A DNA stretch of 30,466 bases from Candidatus Eiseniibacteriota bacterium (GTDB taxonomy: Bacteria; ARS69). Where the stretch lies: positions 1 through 30,466 of the forward strand of contig JBQTGV010000159.1 of the NCBI GenBank assembly GCA_052390515.1, given 5' to 3'. The notes beneath the pieces were generated by a model. It saw only the letters and a program-made list of their open reading frames with translations. It was not told the DNA's origin and searched no databases. Of this stretch, positions 23,675 through 30,466 are shown piece after piece. The stretch's first letter is position 1. The number at the start of each line of letters is the position of its first letter. Position numbers and translations under genes: made by a program.

Positions 23675-25171
23675 CTAGGCGAGCGGCACGGACTGGCCGG
23701 CCTGGACGTAGGCGTGCTCGTGGGCGAAGAGCCCGACGAGGGCGAGCGGCGCGACCCACGTGCCGAGCCAGGGGGCCGCGACCCCGGCGGCGACCAGCAC
23801 GATTCCCGCGGCGAACCAGGTGCGCCAGCGGCCGTGCGTCATCTCCCGCGTGGCGAGGTGCGCGTGGGCGGTGGCGTGCGGCAGCGTCGTCTCACCGGCG
23901 ACCAGGGCGAGGTGCGTGGCGCAGGCGGCGGCGAGCACGAGGGCGATCACCGGCGCGACGGCCGGCTCCACCCGCTCGGCCACGGGAAGCAGCGCCGCGG
24001 CGCCGGCCAGCACGGCCTGCACCAACAGGTGCGGCGGGAGCAGCGGGCTCTGCCACAGGTCGCGGGCCTTGGCCTGGGCGAAGAGCCACGCGGTGTAGAC
24101 GGCGGTGAGCGCGGCCAGCGGCACGCCCGGCCAGCGAAGGGCGTCGTGCAGAGCGGGCCGGTCGAGCAGGGCGGCGGCGAAGTGCAGGCCGAGCACCGCG
24201 GCGTACGCGCCGATCAGATACGCGCCGCGCACGAGCCAGCTTCGCCACTGCGAGCGCGTGAAGATCAGCAGGAAGCGGCGCGGATGCTCCAGGTCGGCGA
24301 TGAGGATCACGCCGGTGAGCGCCAGGAACGCCGCGGCGACGAGCGGCGCCGCCCCGAGCCGGAGCGCGCCGTCCGAGGCGAAGGCCGCCACCAGGTACGC
24401 GCCGGCGGCGACCGACTTGGTCAACGTGTAGAGGCTCACGCGCCAGTCCCACGGCGCGCGGTGCGGCACGTCGTAAGAGAGGACGGCGGCGGCCGAGCTG
24501 GCGGACGGCGCAGCACGGCCGTTCCCGTTGCCCTGCTCGCTCCACAGGAAGAGCCCTCCCGAAGGTCGGCGTGCCACGAGCGGATCGAGCGTGGCGTGGT
24601 GCGCGCCACGGTAGAAGAGCTTCGGCGCGGTCTCCTTCTCCGGCCGGCGGACGGTCGTCGCCTGGCGGTTGACGAAGCGGGACAGCCGCGATCCGGGATC
24701 GTTCAGGTCGCCGACGAGGATGGATTGCGTCGGGCAGACGATGACGCACGCCGGCTCGAGCCCCCGGTCGATGCGGTGCGCGCAGAAGTTGCACTTCTCC
24801 GCGGAGTGATCCTCGGGGTTGATGAAGATGGCGTCGTAGGGGCACGCGGCGATACAGGCCTTGCACCCGATGCACACCGACTTGTCGACGTCGACGATGC
24901 CGTCGGCGCGGCGGACCATCGCCGCGGTCGGACAGGCGTGGACGCAGGGAGGGTCGGCGCACTGGTTGCAGCGGGTGACCTGGAACGCCCGTCGAACCTG
25001 CGGGAACGTGCCGACGTCGACGTACTTGACGTAGGTGCGGGTGACGGAGAGGGGGACGTCGTTCTCCGACTTGCAGGCGGTGGTGCAGGCGTGGCATCCG
25101 ATGCAGGTCTCGTGGTCGATGACCTTCGCCCACTGCACGGGCTTCGGGGCGAGACCGTGCTGGACCGTCAC
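23675..25171 (-). CDS. Fused 4Fe-4S electron-transfer subunit (NrfC/PsrB-like) + NrfD/PsrC-type membrane anchor (~498 aa)
   Basis: CIGCHACTTAC, CNQCADPPCVHACP, CIGCKACIAACP, KCNFC...PACVIVCP, followed by PWDWRVSLY...LIADLEHPRRF...SWLVRGA multi-TM region. Likely GTG start at 25171. Confidence 0.9.
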   Translation of the reverse strand: MTVQHGLAPKPVQWAKVIDHETCIGCHACTTACKSENDVPLSVTRTYVKYVDVGTFPQVRRAFQVTRCNQCADPPCVHACPTAAMVRRADGIVDVDKSVCIGCKACIAACPYDAIFINPEDHSAEKCNFCAHRIDRGLEPACVIVCPTQSILVGDLNDPGSRLSRFVNRQATTVRRPEKETAPKLFYRGAHHATLDPLVARRPSGGLFLWSEQGNGNGRAAPSASSAAAVLSYDVPHRAPWDWRVSLYTLTKSVAAGAYLVAAFASDGALRLGAAPLVAAAFLALTGVILIADLEHPRRFLLIFTRSQWRSWLVRGAYLIGAYAAVLGLHFAAALLDRPALHDALRWPGVPLAALTAVYTAWLFAQAKARDLWQSPLLPPHLLVQAVLAGAAALLPVAERVEPAVAPVIALVLAAACATHLALVAGETTLPHATAHAHLATREMTHGRWRTWFAAGIVLVAAGVAAPWLGTWVAPLALVGLFAHEHAYVQAGQSVPLA

Positions 25172-25199
25172 CGCGATTCTTTCGCCGGAGGGTGGTCGT

Positions 25200-25209
25200 G
25201 AGTATACTC
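25200..25209. promoter_or_regulatory. Palindrome GAGTATACTC in the divergent intergenic region (bidirectional -10 or operator)
   Basis: Perfect 10-bp palindrome containing TATACT on both strands, within the 80-bp gap between two divergent operons. Confidence 0.4.
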
Positions 25210-25251
25210 GGCATTTATAGCGCACCCTCCTCAACCTCCGGAAGCGAACAA

Positions 25252-26466
25252 GTGGACGCGAAGCACCGCCAGTGGACCGCCGCCGACCTGAACGAGCGGA
25301 TCGAGCGCGGCGAGGACTTCTTCGTGCTGGACGTGCGCAACCGCGACGAGTTCGCCCTCGTCCGGATCGAGGGCCGGCGGGAACTGTCGTCCCGGAACGT
25401 GCCCTACTTCGAGATGCTGGAGGCGGGGGGTGCCGCCGACCTCGTGGAGTCGGTGATGCTCTACGTGCAGACCGAGCTTGCTGGGGAGCTCCCTCGGGAC
25501 CGGCCGGTCCTGGCCGTGTGCGCGAAGGGCGACACCTCGGAGCACGTCGCGGCGGCGCTCGCGCGGCTGCGCTACGACGTGGCCAACCTCGCGGGAGGGA
25601 TGGAGGCGTGGTGCGGGTACTACGAGGTTCGCCCCGCCGTCGAGGATGGCGCGGTCACGATCTGGCAGGTCGTCCGTCCCGCGCGCGGCTGCCTGAGCTA
25701 CGTGCTGGCCTCCGGCGGGCGCGGGCTCGTTGTCGATCCCGCGCGACACGTGCAGCAGTACGTCGATCTGGCCGACGACGCGGGGTTCGAGATCGACGCG
25801 GTCGTCGACACGCACGGACACGCGGACCACATCTCCGGGGGGCCGGCGCTCGCGGAGGAGCTCGGCGTGCCGTACTGGCTGCATCCCTACGACGGCATCC
25901 ACCCGCTGGACGTGCTTCCGGCGCGGGTGTCGTACCGCTGCCTCGCCGGCGGGGCGGAGTTCGCGCTCGGCGACGAGACCGTCCGCGTCCTGTGGATCCC
26001 GGGGCACACGCTGGGCAACACGGCGCTGCACGTCGGCCGCCGCTGGCTGCTCTCCGGGGATTCCATCTTCGTGCGCTCCATCGCCCGGCCGGACCTCGGT
26101 GGGAAGGCCGAGGCGTGGGCGCCGCTGCACTTCGATTCGCTGGCGGCGTTGCTGGAGCTGCCCGCCGAGACCGTGGTCCTCCCCGGCCACTTCTCGGCGC
26201 GGGCCGAGGCCGACGAGCGCGGGGTCTTCGCCGCCGCCCTGGGAACCCTGCGTGAGGCGAACGAGGGGCTCCACGTGGTGGGGCAGGGCCGGGAGCGTTT
26301 CATCGAGTACATTCTCGGGAGCCTGCCGACCTTCCCGCCGGAGTACGTCGACATCAAGCGGGTGAACGCGGGACTCATCCACCCGGACGAGGACCGGGCG
26401 AGGGAGCTGGAGACGGGCAAGAATCTCTGCGCCCTGGCCCGGGTGTCCGAGGCGCTGAAGCGGTAG
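25252..26466 (+). CDS. Rhodanese + metallo-beta-lactamase-fold persulfide dioxygenase-like fusion (~404 aa)
   Basis: Rhodanese LDVRNRDEF...VCAKGDTS...NLAGGMEAW, then GCLSY, DTHGHADHISG, PGHT, SGDSIF...RPDL, LPGH and a C-terminal NLC. Likely GTG start at 25252. Confidence 0.9.
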   Translation: MDAKHRQWTAADLNERIERGEDFFVLDVRNRDEFALVRIEGRRELSSRNVPYFEMLEAGGAADLVESVMLYVQTELAGELPRDRPVLAVCAKGDTSEHVAAALARLRYDVANLAGGMEAWCGYYEVRPAVEDGAVTIWQVVRPARGCLSYVLASGGRGLVVDPARHVQQYVDLADDAGFEIDAVVDTHGHADHISGGPALAEELGVPYWLHPYDGIHPLDVLPARVSYRCLAGGAEFALGDETVRVLWIPGHTLGNTALHVGRRWLLSGDSIFVRSIARPDLGGKAEAWAPLHFDSLAALLELPAETVVLPGHFSARAEADERGVFAAALGTLREANEGLHVVGQGRERFIEYILGSLPTFPPEYVDIKRVNAGLIHPDEDRARELETGKNLCALARVSEALKR

Positions 26467-26486
26467 AATCACCCGAGGAGGGTGCC

Positions 26487-26744
26487 ATGGCCGAACATGC
26501 CGTCGACCGCGAGCTCGATGCCCGCGGCCTCAACTGTCCGATGCCGCTGGTCAAGGCGCGCCAGGAGGTGGGCGCGCTGCGCGCGGGACAGGTGCTCAAG
26601 GTGGTGGCGACGGACCGAGGCTCGTTGAAGGACTTCCAGGGCTGGGCTCGCGTGGCGAAGAACATCGCGTTGCTCGAGCAGCAGACGCTCAAGGAGGGCA
26701 CCGTCGACCTGTACGTCCACTTCCTCAAGAAGACGGCGGACTAG
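26487..26744 (+). CDS. TusA-family sulfur carrier protein (85 aa)
   Basis: LDARGLNCPMP motif, VVATDRGS...DF..W. RBS GAGGAGG. Confidence 0.93.
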   Translation: MAEHAVDRELDARGLNCPMPLVKARQEVGALRAGQVLKVVATDRGSLKDFQGWARVAKNIALLEQQTLKEGTVDLYVHFLKKTAD

Positions 26745-26753
26745 GAGGGAACC

Positions 26754-27317
26754 ATGTCTCTCGCCGAACAGCCGCTGCGCACCGACGCCCTTCTCGAGCG
26801 GATCGCCGCGCTGGAGAGGCGCGTGCGGGAGCTCGAGGCCTCGCAGCCCGACGACAAGGTCTCCATGGTGATCTTCTCCGGGGACCTGGACCGCGTTCTC
26901 GCCGGGTTCGTGATCGCCACGGGCGCGGCGGCGATGGGCCAGCAGGTCGACATGTACTTCACGTTCTGGGGGCTCACCGCCATCAAGAAGCGCACCGACC
27001 TCTCCGGCAAGACGTTCCTGCAGCGGATGATGGCGGTGATGACGCCGGGGAGCTCGGAGAGCCTGCCTGCCTCACGCATGAACTTCTTCGGTGCCGGCGC
27101 GAAGATGCTGCGCATGATGATGAAGCAGCGCAACGTCGAGTCCCTGGAGCAGCTCATGGATCTCGCGCGGGACCTCGGCGTGAACATCATCGCCTGCGAC
27201 ATGTCCCAGGGCGTCATGGGCATCCAGGACCGCGAGCTGCTCGACGATCTGGAGCACGGCGGCGTGGGTACGTTCCTGGGCAGCGCGCTTCGGTCCCGCG
27301 CGACGCTGTTCATCTAG
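26754..27317 (+). CDS. DsrE2/DrsE-like sulfurtransferase (187 aa)
   Basis: MVIFSGDLD, IATGAAAMG, MYFTFWGL, IACDMS..VMGI, GGVGTFL, TLFI*. RBS AGGAGG. Confidence 0.9.
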   Translation: MSLAEQPLRTDALLERIAALERRVRELEASQPDDKVSMVIFSGDLDRVLAGFVIATGAAAMGQQVDMYFTFWGLTAIKKRTDLSGKTFLQRMMAVMTPGSSESLPASRMNFFGAGAKMLRMMMKQRNVESLEQLMDLARDLGVNIIACDMSQGVMGIQDRELLDDLEHGGVGTFLGSALRSRATLFI

Positions 27318-27329
27318 ACCTCGAGAGAC

Positions 27330-27764
27330 ATGTTGGACGCAGCGGCATTGAGCCTGGCCCTGGTCGCGCTGACGGCGTTCGGGCACTACGAGATGCTTCG
27401 CCGTCTCAACGACTTCCTGCCCCGCGTCGCGTTCGTGCCTCGCCGCGCGAAGGTGCTGGCGGCGATGCTCGGAGCCATGGTCAGTCACGGGTGCCACATC
27501 GCCCTCTTCGCCGCGGCCTACTATGTTCTTCGTGACCGCCTGGGCCTCGGGAGCCTCGGCGGTCAGTTTCGTGACGTCTTCTCCAGCTATTACTTCTCCG
27601 CGGAGACCTATACGTCGCTGGGGCTCGGGGACGTCTACCCGGTCGGGCAGATCCGCATGGTCGTCGGCGTCGAGGCTCTCACCGGCTTGCTGATGATCAG
27701 CTGGACCGCGTCCTTCACGTATCTGGAGATGAGTCGCTACTGGGATCGACCCTCCGGCGTTTGA
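27330..27764 (+). CDS. Small potassium-channel pore domain protein (Ion_trans_2; 144 aa)
   Basis: Hydrophobic helices around YYFSAETYTSLGLGDVYP...EALTGLLMISWTASF. Confidence 0.85.
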   Translation: MLDAAALSLALVALTAFGHYEMLRRLNDFLPRVAFVPRRAKVLAAMLGAMVSHGCHIALFAAAYYVLRDRLGLGSLGGQFRDVFSSYYFSAETYTSLGLGDVYPVGQIRMVVGVEALTGLLMISWTASFTYLEMSRYWDRPSGV

Positions 27765-27790
27765 CCCGCGGCCCCTCCACTCGCGATAAT
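27761..27790 (+). promoter_or_regulatory. Putative sigma70-type promoter, possibly leaderless
   Basis: TTGACC (27761-27766), 18 nt, GATAAT (27785-27790), 6 nt, ATG at 27797. No clear Shine-Dalgarno sequence. Confidence 0.5.
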
Positions 27791-27796
27791 GAAGCC

Positions 27797-30373
27797 ATGA
27801 GCGTCACGAGCAGGCGCAGCGTGGCGGGCGCCATCGGAGCTGTCGCGGCGATCGTCGCCGGGATCCTCGCCACCCTGCCCGCGCCGAGCGTACCGGTACC
27901 GCCTCGCGCAGCCGGACCGAAGACGCCGAACGAGTGGTTCCTCTTGCAGCGCGCGTGGCCGCACGAGGACGTGCGGCAGTCATCGCGGCTCGCCGCGTGG
28001 GAGGAGGCGCAGGTGCTCCGCGCCGAGGCCGCGCTGCTTCGCGCCGCTCCCTGGACCTTCGCCGGGCCGACGAACGTGGGCGGCCGCATCGCCGACGTCG
28101 AGTGCCATCCCACGGATCCGAACGTGTGCTGGATCGGCGCGGCCGAGGGTGGCGTCATGAAGACGACCGACTCCGGCGCGACCTGGATCCCGACGATGGA
28201 CTTCGAGTCCAGCCTCTCGATCGGCGACATCGCGGTCGATCCGACCGATCCGCAGATCCTCTACGTCGGCACGGGCGAACCGAACGGCGGCGGCGGCAGC
28301 GTCACCTACGGCGGCACTGGCGTCTTCAAGAGCACCGACGGCGGCGCCACCTGGGCGAACGTCGGGCTGTCCGAGAGCCGCTACATCGGTCGCGTGGTCG
28401 TCGATCCGTCCGATCCTAGCCGCGTGTTCGTGGCGGCGCTCGGCTCGCTCTTCTCGACGAGTCCGGACCGCGGCGTGTACCGCTCGACGGACGCCGGGTC
28501 CACCTGGAGCCGGGTGCTCTCGGTGAACGACTCGACCGGAGCGGTGGACGTGATCGTGCACCCGGTCGATCCTGACGTGGTCTACGCCGCCACGTGGGAG
28601 CGCACCCGCGCACCGGACGGCTACGTCTACGGCGGCGACGGCAGCGGCATCTGGCGCTCCACCGACGGCGGAGATAGCTGGGCGGAGCTCGTCACCGGGC
28701 TTCCGTCCGGACCGACCGTGGGACGCATCGGCATCGCGCTCGCGGCGAGCAACCCGAGCATCCTCTACGCGATTTACGCCGAGGCCAGTCCCGGCGCGTT
28801 CGTCGGCCTGTACAAGACGACGAACGGCGGCGACACGTGGACGCGGACCGTCGACGGGGCGCTCGGCGGCGTGTACGCGACCTACGGCTGGTGGTTCGGC
28901 AACGTGCGCGTGGATCCGGTCAACGCGAACCGCGTCTTCGCCGTGGGGTACGACTTCTTCCGCTCGACGGATGGTGGAAACAGCTGGGTGGACGTGGGCT
29001 CGTCCATGCACGTCGACCACCACGGCCTGGACTTCGCCGCGGACGGCGTGCTCTGGGAAGGCAACGACGGCGGCATGTACCGCTCCACGAACGGCGGCAC
29101 GTCCTGGACGAAGCTCCCGGCGCTGCCGGCGACGCAGTTCTACGCCGTCGAAGTGGACGAGCAGAATCCTTCGCGGCGCTACGGCGGAACCCAGGACAAC
29201 GGGACGAACCGGACGCTGACGGGCGCGCTGAACGACTGGACGCAGATCCTCGGCGGCGACGGCTTCACCTGTCTCGTCGACCTCACGAACAACCTGTACG
29301 TGTACGCGGAGTGGCAGTACGGGAACCTGTACCGGTCGACGAACGGCGGATCCAGCTTCGTCTCCGCGCAGAGCGGGCTCACCGGACGCCGCAACTGGTG
29401 CATGCCGGTGGTCTTCGATCCGGTGAATCCGGCGACGCTCTACACCGGCACCGACCGGGTCTTCCGCAGCACGAACCGAGCCGTGAGCTGGACGTCCGTC
29501 TCGCCGGACCTGACGAACGGCCCCGGCAGCGGCAACGCCACGTTCGGGACCATCACCGCGCTGGCGGTCGCGCCGGGGAACGTGAACGTGATCTGGGCCG
29601 GCACCGACGACGCGAACCTGTGGGTCACCCAGAACGGCGGGACGAACTGGACCGAGGTGGGATCGGCGCTCCCGCAGCGCTGGGTCACTCGGGTGACGGT
29701 GGATCCGTCCGCCGCGAACGTCTCCTACGCCACGATCTCCGGCTTTCGCTGGGACGAGCCGCTCCCGCACGTGTTCCGCAGCACCGACTTCGGCGCAAGC
29801 TGGGCCGACATCAGCTCCGACCTGCCCGAGGCCCCCGTGAACGACGTCGTCGTGGATCCGGCGAATCCGTCGAGGCTCTGGGTGGCGACGGACTTCGGCG
29901 TGTTCGAGAGCGCGAACCTGGGAACGAGCTGGTCCGCGCTCGGCTCCGGTCTGCCGAACGTCGTCGTCAACGACCTCCGCCTGCACCACCCGACTCGCAC
30001 GCTCGTCGCCGGAACCTACGGGCGTTCGCTGTGGACGTTCGACGTGTCCGCGCCGACGGCGGCACCGGAAGGCGAATCGCTCGCGGACGCGGGTGTCGTT
30101 CGCCTGGACGGAGTCGCGCCCAATCCGCTCGCGGCAGGTGACGCACGGGTCCGGTTCGCCCTGTCCCGGGACGCGCCGGTCTCCCTGCGGATCTTCGACG
30201 TGAGCGGGCGCGTCGTGGTCACGCTGGTGGACGGCGCGCGGCCCGCCGGCGAGCACATCGAGACCTGGGACGGGCGGGACGCGGGGGGCACGCGCGTCGC
30301 CGCCGGGGTCTATTTCGTCCGCCTGGAGGCGGCCGGGATCGTCCGGACGCGCAAGGTCGCGGTCCTCGACTAG
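27797..30373 (+). CDS. Secreted BNR/Asp-box (sortilin/GH74-like) beta-propeller protein with C-terminal FlgD-Ig domain (858 aa)
   Basis: N-terminal hydrophobic signal, WTFAGPTNVGGRI, many (S/T)T(D/N)GGxxW Asp-boxes, HVDHH, GTQDNG, GTYGRSLW, then PNP...IFDVSGRVVVTL...WDGRDAGG.RVAAGVYFVRL. Confidence 0.92.
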   Translation: MSVTSRRSVAGAIGAVAAIVAGILATLPAPSVPVPPRAAGPKTPNEWFLLQRAWPHEDVRQSSRLAAWEEAQVLRAEAALLRAAPWTFAGPTNVGGRIADVECHPTDPNVCWIGAAEGGVMKTTDSGATWIPTMDFESSLSIGDIAVDPTDPQILYVGTGEPNGGGGSVTYGGTGVFKSTDGGATWANVGLSESRYIGRVVVDPSDPSRVFVAALGSLFSTSPDRGVYRSTDAGSTWSRVLSVNDSTGAVDVIVHPVDPDVVYAATWERTRAPDGYVYGGDGSGIWRSTDGGDSWAELVTGLPSGPTVGRIGIALAASNPSILYAIYAEASPGAFVGLYKTTNGGDTWTRTVDGALGGVYATYGWWFGNVRVDPVNANRVFAVGYDFFRSTDGGNSWVDVGSSMHVDHHGLDFAADGVLWEGNDGGMYRSTNGGTSWTKLPALPATQFYAVEVDEQNPSRRYGGTQDNGTNRTLTGALNDWTQILGGDGFTCLVDLTNNLYVYAEWQYGNLYRSTNGGSSFVSAQSGLTGRRNWCMPVVFDPVNPATLYTGTDRVFRSTNRAVSWTSVSPDLTNGPGSGNATFGTITALAVAPGNVNVIWAGTDDANLWVTQNGGTNWTEVGSALPQRWVTRVTVDPSAANVSYATISGFRWDEPLPHVFRSTDFGASWADISSDLPEAPVNDVVVDPANPSRLWVATDFGVFESANLGTSWSALGSGLPNVVVNDLRLHHPTRTLVAGTYGRSLWTFDVSAPTAAPEGESLADAGVVRLDGVAPNPLAAGDARVRFALSRDAPVSLRIFDVSGRVVVTLVDGARPAGEHIETWDGRDAGGTRVAAGVYFVRLEAAGIVRTRKVAVLD

Positions 30374-30466
30374 TGTTCCGTCTCGAAAGAAATGATCAGA
30401 TGGCCGAGCGTCGTAGCCGCCGTGTCCGGAGCCACGGACGGCGGAGGCCGGCGGCCACGAAGCGAG

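Noticed and set aside
28100-29950. Recurring CGCTCGACGGACG/ACCGACGGCGGC-like DNA repeats as a CRISPR or mobile repeat
   Set aside because: They are degenerate, irregularly spaced and in frame, encoding BNR/Asp-box motifs of the propeller protein.
30374-30466. Possible terminator or next gene after the last CDS
   Set aside because: No clear hairpin plus U-tract, and too little sequence to call a gene.

Overview
Very GC-rich, gene-dense bacterial window. Two secreted beta-propeller proteins with C-terminal FlgD-Ig/T9SS-like sorting domains suggest an FCB-related lineage such as Eisenbacteria, Latescibacterota or Krumholzibacteriota (inference). Most long ORFs in the track are antisense or shadow frames. 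Real content, left to right: (1) a TPR-CHAT caspase-family protease (runs off the left edge and is missing from the ORF track) coupled to an ECF sigma factor, facing a divergent membrane anti-sigma factor with two zinc fingers. (2) The best candidate for an undescribed system: a Dlt/AlgIJ-like membrane acylation cluster (MBOAT plus two SGNH proteins) combined with the adenylation domain, carrier protein and acyl-CoA-dehydrogenase trio used to make pyrrolyl-2-carboxyl-S-PCP from proline. The A-domain code reads DLLYLALVCK, suggesting pyrrole/pyrroline-carbonylation of an envelope polymer. (3) A decayed vapBC locus (truncated antitoxin, toxin with compensating frameshifts) converging on an intact phd-vapC pair. 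(4) An operon of Fis-type HTH, PLP enzyme, DUF1611/DgcN-like protein, MurL-like PP-loop::creatininase fusion and dipeptide epimerase. (5) A basic/acidic small protein next to a SET methyltransferase. (6) A Tat-less Psr/Soe-like molybdoenzyme with a fused NrfC-NrfD subunit, divergent from rhodanese-persulfide dioxygenase, TusA, DsrE2-like and K-channel-like genes. (7) A BNR-repeat secreted protein. No rRNA, tRNA, CRISPR array or transposase was recognised. Family assignments come from motif recognition by eye, not database searches.
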